A DNA stretch of 64,000 nucleotides from an uncultured Dehalococcoidales bacterium (GTDB lineage: Bacteria; Chloroflexota; Dehalococcoidia; GIF9; UBA5629), in the NCBI GenBank assembly GCA_964485235.1, contig CAZAIO010000001.1, forward strand, positions 8,657 through 72,656, written 5' to 3'. Within the stretch, counting starts at the first letter, position 1; each line of letters opens with the position of its first letter. The position numbers and the translations under genes were made by a program. This document shows positions 9,030 through 18,180 of this stretch, one piece after another. The notes beneath the pieces were generated by a model, which searched no databases, had not been told where the DNA came from, and saw nothing but the letters and a program-made list of their open reading frames with translations.

Positions 9030-9836
9030 ATGATGAACAAGTCTGATTTCACAGGTAAAGTCGCTTTGATTACAGGCGGTTCACGCGGCATAGGTCATGC
9101 GATTACCCTTGCACTGGCAGATATGGGCGCTGATGTTGTTATTAATTACTTTCGCAAGACCTCCGCTGCGGAAAATACCGCAAGAGAAGCTGCACAAAGA
9201 GGAGTACAGGCACACATCATTAAAGCCAACGTAGGAGAAACCGACAAGATCGATAGTATGTTCGATGAAATCAAAGAGAAATATGGAAGATTGGATATTT
9301 TTATCAGTAACGCTGCTTCCGGTGTTCCCCGTACCGCCATGGAGCTTGATGTTCGCGGCTGGGACTGGACAATGGATATCAACACGCGTGCATTTCTGCT
9401 CTGTGCACAACGTGCGGCAACCCTGATGGCAAACGGAGGGAAAATCGTTTCAATTTCAAGCCTCGGTTCACGACTGGTGTTCCCTATTTACACTGCGGTA
9501 GGTGTATCGAAAGCTGCACTGGAAGCATTAACACGATACCTTGCCATTGAATTCGCCCCCCGGGGGATTAGTGTGAACTGCATTTCTGCAGCCGCAGTTG
9601 AGACAGAAGCCATAAAGCAATATACCGGAGACAAAAATCTGCCTGAACTCACCTGGAAAACGACTCCTGCAGGCAGAATGGTAACACCTGAAGATATCGC
9701 ACAGACAGTGGTGTTTCTTTGCAGCGAAGATGCATATATGATTCGCGGACAGGTTATCGTTATCGATGGTGGAGTTTCCCTTATGCCCATATCGCAATCA
9801 ACCGCCAGTAAAGACAAGGAAGAAAAAAATGACTGA
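9030..9836 (+). CDS. fabL: Enoyl-ACP reductase of the FabL type (SDR family).
   Basis: Glycine motif TGGSRGIG and a Y-x6-K catalytic spacing (YTAVGVSK) typical of FabI/FabL enoyl reductases rather than the Y-x3-K of ketoreductases. The protein also matches B. subtilis FabL as I recall it. Confidence 0.65.
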   Translation: MMNKSDFTGKVALITGGSRGIGHAITLALADMGADVVINYFRKTSAAENTAREAAQRGVQAHIIKANVGETDKIDSMFDEIKEKYGRLDIFISNAASGVPRTAMELDVRGWDWTMDINTRAFLLCAQRAATLMANGGKIVSISSLGSRLVFPIYTAVGVSKAALEALTRYLAIEFAPRGISVNCISAAAVETEAIKQYTGDKNLPELTWKTTPAGRMVTPEDIAQTVVFLCSEDAYMIRGQVIVIDGGVSLMPISQSTASKDKEEKND

Positions 9837-11058
9837 CCGTAGAATAGTAATTACCGGGCTCGGCGCGATCACCCCGCTGGGGCTCACTGTGAATGACTTC
9901 TGGGAAGGGCTTATCAGCGGTAAAAGCGGCGTCGGGCCAATAACCCTGTTCGATGCAAGTCAGTTTTCCGTAAAAATAGCAGCAGAAGTAAAGGACTTTC
10001 ATCCCGAAGATTTTATGACCATGAAAAGAGCTGACCGCGGTGCACGTTGCACTCAATTTGCAATCGCAGCAGCAAAAATGGCGCTTCAGTCAGCAGGGCT
10101 TGAGATATCGCCGGATATAGCCGAGACGGTCGGCGTGCTTCTGGCAACAAGCGGTGATCCGTCTTTTCTTTTGCATCAGGGCATAGTATTAAAAGAACGC
10201 GGGCCTAAAAAACTCGACCCTCTTACGATACCGAAGATGGCTGCGAGCATGGTGCCGTCACAGGTCGGACTGGTACTGGGCGCAAAAGGGCCGAACAGCA
10301 GCGTCAACAGCGCATGCGGCAGTGGAAGCGATGCGCTGGGGTCAGCGTTTAATTTTCTCCGTCTCGGTCACGCAGAAGTCATGATAAGCGGAGGCGCAGA
10401 ATCGCAGGTAAATCCCGTGGGTATCGGCGCAACGAGCATGGTCGGAGCATTGTCCAGGAATCCCGATCCTTTGAAAGCGAGCAGGCCTTTCGATAAAAAC
10501 AGGGACGGTTTTGTATTCGGTGAAGGCGCAGGCATTCTTATACTGGAAACCTACGACCATGCGAAGCGAAGGAATGCACCCATTCTCGCGGAAATGATCG
10601 GCGCCGGATGGTCATTCGACGCATATAGCGAAACAGCCCCCGATGCCGAACAGCAGGCTATGTCAATGAAAAGAGCTATCAGGGATGCCGGTATATCACC
10701 TGATGATATAGATTATATTAACGCTCATGGCACGAGTACTCAGCTTAACGATGCGGCAGAGACAAAAGCAATCAAGATGGTTTTCGGTGAAAAAGCGTAT
10801 TCACTTCCCATAAGCTCGAATAAATCGATGATAGGGCATCTTGCCTGTGCCGCGGGAGCCGTAGAAGCGGTAGCGGCAGTAATGACAATAACAAACGGTA
10901 TTATCCCGCCAACAGTCAACTATGAGACTCCCGATCCCGATTGTGATCTTGACTATGTTCCCGGTCAGGCGCGAAAACAGAAGGTGAATATCTGTCTTTC
11001 TAATTCGTTCGGTATGGGCGGGCAAAATAGCAGTATTATAATAAAACACTTCGTGTAA
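9829..11058 (+). CDS. fabF: Beta-ketoacyl-ACP synthase II.
   Basis: Cys-His-His catalytic triad context (NSACGSG, NAHGTST, GHLACAAG). The ATG at 9829 overlaps the fabL stop (ATGACTGA). Confidence 0.85.
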   Translation: MTDRRIVITGLGAITPLGLTVNDFWEGLISGKSGVGPITLFDASQFSVKIAAEVKDFHPEDFMTMKRADRGARCTQFAIAAAKMALQSAGLEISPDIAETVGVLLATSGDPSFLLHQGIVLKERGPKKLDPLTIPKMAASMVPSQVGLVLGAKGPNSSVNSACGSGSDALGSAFNFLRLGHAEVMISGGAESQVNPVGIGATSMVGALSRNPDPLKASRPFDKNRDGFVFGEGAGILILETYDHAKRRNAPILAEMIGAGWSFDAYSETAPDAEQQAMSMKRAIRDAGISPDDIDYINAHGTSTQLNDAAETKAIKMVFGEKAYSLPISSNKSMIGHLACAAGAVEAVAAVMTITNGIIPPTVNYETPDPDCDLDYVPGQARKQKVNICLSNSFGMGGQNSSIIIKHFV

Positions 11059-11067
11059 GGAGGCATT

Positions 11068-11817
11068 ATGGAAATCCGTGAACTGGACGGCAAAGTATCG
11101 CTGGTAACAGGTGCCTCGAGAGGCCTCGGACGGGCAATCGCCTGTAAACTCGCCGCGCAGGGCTCGAAAATAGCAGTGAACTATATGAGTAGTGACGACA
11201 AAGCACAACAGGTCGTTGAAGAGATTCAGAACACAGGCGGTGAAGCATTTGCCGTTAAAGCGAATGTATCCGACTCGAACGCTGTAAAAGAGATGATGAA
11301 AATAATTGTTGGGAAATGGGGAAAGATAGACATACTGGTCAATAATGCCGGTATAGTCAAAGACAACCTCATCTTGAGAATGTCCGACTCGGCATGGGAC
11401 GATGTCATTAATACTAACCTCCGCGGGGCGTATTTATGCAGCAAATTCGCACTTCGCACCATGATGGAACAGCCATGTGGAAGGATAATCAATATTTCGT
11501 CGGTTGCCGGTCTTATCGGAAATACAGGACAGACGAACTATTCCGCTGCAAAGGGCGGGCTTATAGCTTTTACAAAGAGTCTGGCACGCGAAGTCGGCTC
11601 AAGAAACATTACTGTCAACGCTGTAGCGCCGGGATTTATTGTAAGTGATATGACCTCTAAACTACCTGCGGAGCAACAGGACCTTATTCTGGCGCGCATC
11701 TCGCTGGGCAGGTTCGGCATACCTGACGATGTTGCGGATCTTGTCTCATTTCTGGCAGGAGAACGTGCCGGTTATATCACCGCACAGGTTATCTGCGTAG
11801 ACGGCGGTGTGTTATAG
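11068..11817 (+). CDS. fabG: 3-oxoacyl-ACP reductase.
   Basis: Classical SDR: TGASRGLG, NNAG, Y-x3-K (YSAAK). Strong RBS taaggagg. Confidence 0.85.
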   Translation: MEIRELDGKVSLVTGASRGLGRAIACKLAAQGSKIAVNYMSSDDKAQQVVEEIQNTGGEAFAVKANVSDSNAVKEMMKIIVGKWGKIDILVNNAGIVKDNLILRMSDSAWDDVINTNLRGAYLCSKFALRTMMEQPCGRIINISSVAGLIGNTGQTNYSAAKGGLIAFTKSLAREVGSRNITVNAVAPGFIVSDMTSKLPAEQQDLILARISLGRFGIPDDVADLVSFLAGERAGYITAQVICVDGGVL

Positions 11818-12050
11818 ACAAACATCGATAACATTCATTCGAGCCGGTCCCCGCTTAAATAAATTCAATTATTTCTATAATCTGTATATAGCAAACTGTT
11901 GCTTAAAATCATTCCGATTTGTAGTGAAAAATAGATTCACTACAGTACATTTATAAAAATTAACAGCCTCTCAATGTGGACTAACTGGACAATCTTTCCT
12001 ATTTCGGTTAGATTATACAATTAAAAAGAAAGATTCTGTGAACTGTAAAT

Positions 12051-12743
12051 ATGTGGCAAACAGTCCCGTGCCATCAATGTGGTGCTCCCAATTATATAGG
12101 ACAACGTTTTTGTAATAAATGCGGTGCGCAGCTCATTATGACCTGCCCCTATTGCGGAGCAAGTCACAGCCCGGGGCTCCGGTTTTGCAATAATTGCGGG
12201 GCAACTCTGTCAGGGCCGCCGGTGCCGGGTTATATGCCTGCACAACCAGGTATTATAGACCAGGCCCAGATGTGGGTACAAAATGCCATAAGACGTCTTT
12301 TGGCACTCCCTATAAGTACACTGCTGATAATTTTACTATGCGGTATCGTTATAATAATAGGCGGTTTTTTATTCTGGCAGTTTGGCCCCGGCATCAAACA
12401 ACCCGATAAAAAAGCTCCCTATATTTCAAATGTAGCAGTAACCTTCGTAGGAAAATATTCAGCGACAATTGTGTGGTATACGGATGAACCTTCCAGCAGC
12501 CAGGTAGAATATGGCAGAAGTACACAATATGGTCTGGTATATCCCGCACAACCTCAGGATGATCCGACGCAGGGATATGAGGGAGTTACAAAACATATTA
12601 TTAACCTGACCAGGCTCCCCTCAAATGCCACGCATCATTTCAGGGTGAAATCAATAGACGCGGATAATAACGAACAGGTATCCGGAGATTACACATTTAA
12701 AACCAAGGACGTTGAATCGTTTTTCCAGCCAGCCGACGATTAG
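12051..12743 (+). CDS. Double zinc-ribbon membrane protein with a C-terminal fibronectin-III-like ectodomain.
   Basis: Four CxxC pairs in the first 55 aa, one transmembrane helix, and a C-terminal Fn3-like region similar to the N-terminal domain of purple acid phosphatases. Confidence 0.5.
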   Translation: MWQTVPCHQCGAPNYIGQRFCNKCGAQLIMTCPYCGASHSPGLRFCNNCGATLSGPPVPGYMPAQPGIIDQAQMWVQNAIRRLLALPISTLLIILLCGIVIIIGGFLFWQFGPGIKQPDKKAPYISNVAVTFVGKYSATIVWYTDEPSSSQVEYGRSTQYGLVYPAQPQDDPTQGYEGVTKHIINLTRLPSNATHHFRVKSIDADNNEQVSGDYTFKTKDVESFFQPADD

Positions 12744-12798
12744 TCATGCCTTTTCAAGCGACCGCTATGCAACTATTTAACTGCCCAAGCTCCTGAAA

Positions 12799-13431
12799 TT
12801 AGTACCGTTCCTTGTAACTTTTCCGGAAAAAGACTTTCTTCCAGCTTCCTGCAGCGGCATGCATTTCCATCAATCGAGGAATATACATTACACCGGGCAG
12901 AAGCAGGATAATGACGGAGTAGATAATCAATACCGTATCGTGATAGATAAGCCATGCAATAAGCGGAAAACAAATAAATGCGACACTATAGCTGAGCGTC
13001 GCGTAACGTGTAAAAAGTAACATCAGAAGGAACAGCCCCAGATAGAATGGAGCAGCCCACGGTAATAAATAAATAAGTACTCCGATACATGTGGCGCCGC
13101 CTTTTCCGCCTTTAAATTTCAGGAAAAACGGAAAGTTATGACCCAGAACAGAAAATAGCCCGGCGAGAAGGTGTACAACAAATGGAGTACCCAGAACCAC
13201 CGAAACAAAAACAGCAAGAGCGCCCTTGGCGATGTCGATAAATAGTACGAGCAGTCCCCAGAAAAAGCCAATCTGATATATGACATTCATCGTACCCGCA
13301 TTACGGCTTCCGACCGTTCGTATATCGACGCCCTTTTTATAACGTGCTACCAGAAAAGACGCAGGAATAGACCCGATAAGGTAAGCAAGGATGAGTGCAA
13401 CTATAGAAAGGATAATCGTAATTAAAGTCAT
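12799..13431 (-). CDS. plsY: Glycerol-3-phosphate acyltransferase PlsY.
   Basis: Characteristic N-terminus (YLIGSIP...RYKKGVDIR..GSRNAGTMNV) and a polytopic membrane profile. Confidence 0.85.
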   Translation of the reverse strand: MTLITIILSIVALILAYLIGSIPASFLVARYKKGVDIRTVGSRNAGTMNVIYQIGFFWGLLVLFIDIAKGALAVFVSVVLGTPFVVHLLAGLFSVLGHNFPFFLKFKGGKGGATCIGVLIYLLPWAAPFYLGLFLLMLLFTRYATLSYSVAFICFPLIAWLIYHDTVLIIYSVIILLLPGVMYIPRLMEMHAAAGSWKKVFFRKSYKERY

Positions 13432-13649
13432 AGCCTGTGTGTTAGATTCCGTTGATTAAAATACATCATACTGTATACAATAACGCATAAAATTTCAACT
13501 TTATACCCGGCATGGTCGGATTTAGGGAACAGGTGACAGTCCGCTTATTTACCCTGAATGTACTGCCGGATAGTGACAGGCGTTCATTTGTCCGTTAAAA
13601 TGGTAGCGACACTACAGGTGTTTCCCGAATACACGGAAAGGAGGACCAT

Positions 13650-14111
13650 ATGTATAATAAAATTCTTGTTCCACTTGACGGCTCAGAACTGGCAGAGTGC
13701 GTACTTCCACACGTCGAAGCCATAGCAAAAGGTTGTAACACCAGGACCGTCATATTTGTACGAGTGGTAGAACCGGTGGTATTACCCGTTGCCGATGGAG
13801 AATATTTCAGTTCAAACGTATGGACACAGATGGAACAACAGGAAAAAGCCGTCGCGGTCAGCTATCTGAACGAGGTAATACAGAAAATCAAGCTTGATAC
13901 CGTAGAAATAGAAGCAAAGGTTATCCTGGGCAGAGTCGCCGACAGTATCGTGGATTATGCGATTAAAAGCAGTGTAGACCTTATTATAATTGCAACACAT
14001 GGTCGTTCCGGCTTCAGTCGGTGGCTTCGCGGTAGTGTAGCAAATCGTGTACTTCATGCAATCCGTGCACCGATATTGATGATACCGCCGCCCGGACAAT
14101 TCGAAGGTTAA
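13650..14111 (+). CDS. Universal stress protein UspA family.
   Basis: C-terminal ATP-binding motif (ATHGRSGFSRWLRGSVANRVL). RBS aaaggagg. Confidence 0.8.
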   Translation: MYNKILVPLDGSELAECVLPHVEAIAKGCNTRTVIFVRVVEPVVLPVADGEYFSSNVWTQMEQQEKAVAVSYLNEVIQKIKLDTVEIEAKVILGRVADSIVDYAIKSSVDLIIIATHGRSGFSRWLRGSVANRVLHAIRAPILMIPPPGQFEG

Positions 14112-14263
14112 GTGAAAGCCGGGCAATTATGCGTTTCCATCATGAATAGCTTTCTGTGTATAATCTGCAAAAATACTGTTGCCGGGATATAGTAAAAATC
14201 GGCATTATTATATCGTTGCCTGGTAAATAAACCATAGAGACCGTAGAATAAGGAGCCTTGAAT

Positions 14264-14815
14264 ATGAAAAATAAAATCACACTCGTTTTATTAGCATGCC
14301 TGGCATTTCTCATGGTCGGATGTCTTCGACCGGGAGAACGCCAGCTTGTAAAAGGAAACGAGTATTTCGATAAGGGAAGATGGAGTGAAGCTATTACAGA
14401 ATATACGGAAGCAATTGAAAAAAGCACCGGTACCGAGAACAATCCGGTATTATTAACGGCATATACGAATCGCGCGGAATCGTATTTCTTCCTTAACAAG
14501 GTCGACGAGGCAATAGCAGATAGTACAAAAGCAATTGAAGTAGACCCTTTGTCCGTAATACCCTATTTAAACCGTAGTAAATACTATATATACAACGATG
14601 AATTCGATAAAGCGATCGCAGACTGTGACAAGGTATTGGAGCTTGGCCTTGAATCGCCGATAGCATATTATAACCGCGCTGTTGCCAATTCCAAGAAGGG
14701 TAACTATGATGCAGCTATCAATGATTTTAACAAAGCGTTAGAAATTTCCAGCGACGAAATATTAAACCAGCGTATAAAAGACTACCTCGCACAAATTGAG
14801 AAACAAAGGGAATAA
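14264..14815 (+). CDS. TPR-repeat lipoprotein.
   Basis: Signal peptide with a lipobox (LMVGC). Repeated TPR-like units (AYTNRAESYFFLNKVDEAI...). Confidence 0.7.
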   Translation: MKNKITLVLLACLAFLMVGCLRPGERQLVKGNEYFDKGRWSEAITEYTEAIEKSTGTENNPVLLTAYTNRAESYFFLNKVDEAIADSTKAIEVDPLSVIPYLNRSKYYIYNDEFDKAIADCDKVLELGLESPIAYYNRAVANSKKGNYDAAINDFNKALEISSDEILNQRIKDYLAQIEKQRE

Positions 14816-15046
14816 ACGATATAATATTATGCAGGAACCTGCCCGTATCTCACTACTTAAAATACGGTGTCAAAACAGGTTCGTTCATAATATACTTATA
14901 TGATATTGACAACTAATAGGTTTACAGGATACAATTAACAGTGGCAGACGACCGATAGGCGGTAAGCCCCTTAATAGTAAGAATATTCAGGTCCGCTTGG
15001 ATCAGTTTTGACCGAGACGGTATATAGGGTGGAGTGTGTTGTTATT

Positions 15047-15082
15047 GAGCCTTCTCGGCTTTGCTGAGAAGGCTTTTTGTTT
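15047..15082 (+). terminator. Intrinsic terminator or attenuator hairpin directly abutting the dmpA start codon.
   Basis: 9-bp stem agccttctc / gagaaggct with loop ggctttgct, followed by ttttgttt. Confidence 0.45.
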
Positions 15083-15088
15083 AATAAA

Positions 15089-16063
15089 ATGTTTAATACA
15101 CTTACAGACATCAAAGGTATAAAGGTAGGCCACTACACCGACAGGGAAGCAGCCACCGGTTGTACTGTGGTTCTCTGCGAAGAAGGTGCAGTTGCAGGTG
15201 TCGATGTGAGAGGTTCAGCTCCCGGCACACGTGAAACAGACCTTCTGAGACCGTCAAACCTGGTAGAAAAAGTGCACGCTATCCTCCTGAGTGGTGGAAG
15301 CGCTTTCGGTTTGAATGCAGCTGGCGGAGTAATGCGTTACCTGGAGGAAAAAGGTGTCGGCTTTCAAACGAATACACTTCGCATCCCTATTGTTCCCGCA
15401 GCAGTGCTCTATGACCTGGACACAGGCAATTCGCATATCCGGCCGGGAATTGAAGAGGGATACCAGGCATGCCTCTCGGCAAGCGACGGTTTAGTTCCGG
15501 AAGGCTCTGTAGGCTCCGGTACAGGCGCCACGGTCTGTAAGCTAATGGGAATAAAAAGCGCAATAAAAAGCGGGATTGGTACGTGCAGCAGACAATTGCC
15601 GGGTAATATTACAGTAGCTGCACTTTTTGCAGTAAATGCTTTGGGAGATATTATAGACCCGTCCACAGGACAGGCATTGGCCTGTCCCCGTTATCCCGAT
15701 GATTCACGCTGGACCCGCACAATTGAATTAATTGCTAGTAATGTTATTAAACAAGATATTATGTCAACCAATACCACGCTTGGAGTAATAGCCACCAATG
15801 CAGTGTTGAACAAAGAACAGGTAAATAAAATCGCGTCTATGGCTCACGATGGAATGGCCAGGTCTATCAATCCAAGTCATACCATGTATGACGGCGATAC
15901 TATATTCGTACTTTCACTCGGAAACGTAACAGGTGATATATCGATGATTGGAGCAGTTGCCGCCGAATTAACGGCTGAGGCGATCAACAGGGCAATTATT
16001 CACGCTGATACGCTTGCCGGTATACCGTCAATTAAAGACCTTAGAGGTAATCCGTCATGCTGA
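15089..16063 (+). CDS. P1/S58-family peptidase (DmpA / L-aminopeptidase D-Ala-esterase-like).
   Basis: N-terminal IKGIKVGHYTD and a C-terminal region typical of DmpA/OAT-fold peptidases. Start placed at the ATG at 15089, downstream of the hairpin. Confidence 0.7.
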   Translation: MFNTLTDIKGIKVGHYTDREAATGCTVVLCEEGAVAGVDVRGSAPGTRETDLLRPSNLVEKVHAILLSGGSAFGLNAAGGVMRYLEEKGVGFQTNTLRIPIVPAAVLYDLDTGNSHIRPGIEEGYQACLSASDGLVPEGSVGSGTGATVCKLMGIKSAIKSGIGTCSRQLPGNITVAALFAVNALGDIIDPSTGQALACPRYPDDSRWTRTIELIASNVIKQDIMSTNTTLGVIATNAVLNKEQVNKIASMAHDGMARSINPSHTMYDGDTIFVLSLGNVTGDISMIGAVAAELTAEAINRAIIHADTLAGIPSIKDLRGNPSC

Positions 16064-16914
16064 CTATAGGTTTTATCGGGGCAGGGATTACAGGCACAGC
16101 ACTATCAGTGCGGCTCGCTCAACAGGGCTATCAAGTCGTTGCAGTAGCAAGCAAAAGTATGTCATCTGCAAAAAGATTCGAGAGCCGGATACAGGGTTGC
16201 AACAGTTATAAGACCGCTCAGGAAGTTGCAGACCGGGCACAACTTGTTTTCATTACCACCCCGGACGATGTAATTTCAGATGTCGCATCAAATATTCAGT
16301 GGCACGAAGGACAATACGCCGTCCATTGTAGCGGTGCGCATTCTACGGACATCCTGGAAGCAGCACAAAAATGCGGCGCCGGCACCGGATGTTTTCATCC
16401 GTTACAAACGTTCGCAAGTATCGAACAGGCGATCGAAAACATACCCGGTTCTACATTCGCTATTGAAGCCGAAGCACCGCTATCGACCATTCTTAAAGAT
16501 ATGGCGACTGCTATGAACGGAAATTGTGTGATGTTACAGGCAGGCGATAAAGTACTCTACCACGCTGCTGCGGTAATAGCCTGCAACTACCTGGTTACAC
16601 TGGTCAAACTGGCAACTGACCTCTGGTCTGAATTTGGAACATCGCGGGCACAGGCTGTGAAAGCACTAATGCCGTTATTACAGGGTACGTTGAGTAATAT
16701 AGAACAGGTCGGTCTCCCCGACTGCCTTACCGGGCCTATAGCACGGGGCGATATCGGAACAGTGGAAAAACATATACAGGCACTTAAAGAGAAAACACCG
16801 TCTCTACTCAGCAGTTACAGGGAACTTGGACTTCAGACTATCCCGATTGCTGCCGCAAAAGGCAAAATCGATAGCGAGAGCGCCGAAGCTTTAAAAGCTC
16901 TTTTTAATATTTAA
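16057..16914 (+). CDS. Rossmann-fold DUF2520-type oxidoreductase. Putative PanG-type ketopantoate reductase.
   Basis: N-terminal GxGxxG (IGFIGAGITG). Overlaps the upstream stop and sits directly 5' of panD-panB-panC. Confidence 0.5.
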   Translation: MLTIGFIGAGITGTALSVRLAQQGYQVVAVASKSMSSAKRFESRIQGCNSYKTAQEVADRAQLVFITTPDDVISDVASNIQWHEGQYAVHCSGAHSTDILEAAQKCGAGTGCFHPLQTFASIEQAIENIPGSTFAIEAEAPLSTILKDMATAMNGNCVMLQAGDKVLYHAAAVIACNYLVTLVKLATDLWSEFGTSRAQAVKALMPLLQGTLSNIEQVGLPDCLTGPIARGDIGTVEKHIQALKEKTPSLLSSYRELGLQTIPIAAAKGKIDSESAEALKALFNI

Positions 16915-16934
16915 TTTAAACGAGGAGAACTGTA

Positions 16935-17327
16935 ATGAGGACAATGCTAAGAAGCAAAATTCATAGGGCACGGGTCACCGAGACCAATGTCTCCTACGAA
17001 GGGAGTATCACCATCGATTCACAACTTTTAGAGGCTGCCGACATCCTTCCCTATGAAAGAGTCGAGGTGCTGAATGTAAACAACGGAGCACGCTTCAGCA
17101 CATACACAATTGAAGGAAAACGAGGGTCCGGAGAAATTTGCATTAATGGTGCAGCCGCCCGGCTCGCCGCAAAAGACGATATCGTCATCATACTCTCGTA
17201 TGAATCAGTGACAAATGAGGAAGTCGGAAAAGTTAAACCCATTATGGTCTACGTAAACTCCGATAATGAAATCAAGTCCATAAAACATGCCGGAGACCAT
17301 GCAGAAAATGTACTTGTAACGTTATAA
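16935..17327 (+). CDS. panD: Aspartate 1-decarboxylase.
   Basis: MLRSKIHRARVTE...GSITID motif (pyruvoyl-forming Gly-Ser). Confidence 0.9.
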   Translation: MRTMLRSKIHRARVTETNVSYEGSITIDSQLLEAADILPYERVEVLNVNNGARFSTYTIEGKRGSGEICINGAAARLAAKDDIVIILSYESVTNEEVGKVKPIMVYVNSDNEIKSIKHAGDHAENVLVTL

Positions 17328-17342
17328 AAGTGAGGCGCTTTC

Positions 17343-18176
17343 ATGCGTGTGAGTATTAACGACATCAAGCAGAAGAAGCTGAACAAAGAAAAATTTGCGA
17401 TGCTTACTGCATATGATTATTCAACGGCAAAGCTGATTGAAGAAGCAGGCATCCCCATCATTTTAGTTGGTGATAGCCTCGGCACGGTTATACTTGGATA
17501 TGAGTCCACTATTCCGGTGACGATAGACGTGATGATCCACCACACTAAAGCTGTTGTACGCGGAACAAAGCATGCTCTTGTAGTAGGTGATATGCCGTTT
17601 ATGACATACCACACAGATATACCTGAAGCCATGAAAAATGCAGCCCGTTTTATACAGGAAGCCGGAGCACAGGCAGTGAAGCTCGAAGGAGGAGTTGTCG
17701 TTGCTGATACGGTAAAACGTATCGTTGATTGCGGCATACCGGTAATGGGACACATAGGGCTTACACCACAATTTATTCATCAACTGGGCGGGTTTAAAGT
17801 ACAGGGAAAAACTTCGGAAGCAGCGGAACGTTTACTTAAGGACGCGATAGCCCTGGAACAGGCAGGAGTTTTCAGCATAGTACTGGAACTGGTCCCCTCA
17901 CAACTTTCAAAGTTTATTACTGAAACAATAAACGTTCCTACTATTGGAATAGGAGCCGGCCCCGACTGCGACGGGCAGGTGCAGGTAATCAGCGATATGC
18001 TCGGACTGTTTACCGACTTCGTCCCCAAACACGCCAAACAATATGCCAGATTGTCCGAAAATATAACTGCTGCAGTTAAAAGCTACATAGAAGAGGTCAC
18101 ATCCGGCGTTTTCCCCACTGCACAACATTCATCGTCGATAGACGAGCAAGTACTTAAAAATATTAAACGCTCATAA
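17343..18176 (+). CDS. panB: 3-methyl-2-oxobutanoate hydroxymethyltransferase.
   Basis: KETHMT signature regions (MLTAYDY, VGDSLG). Confidence 0.9.
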   Translation: MRVSINDIKQKKLNKEKFAMLTAYDYSTAKLIEEAGIPIILVGDSLGTVILGYESTIPVTIDVMIHHTKAVVRGTKHALVVGDMPFMTYHTDIPEAMKNAARFIQEAGAQAVKLEGGVVVADTVKRIVDCGIPVMGHIGLTPQFIHQLGGFKVQGKTSEAAERLLKDAIALEQAGVFSIVLELVPSQLSKFITETINVPTIGIGAGPDCDGQVQVISDMLGLFTDFVPKHAKQYARLSENITAAVKSYIEEVTSGVFPTAQHSSSIDEQVLKNIKRS

Positions 18177-18180
18177 TATT

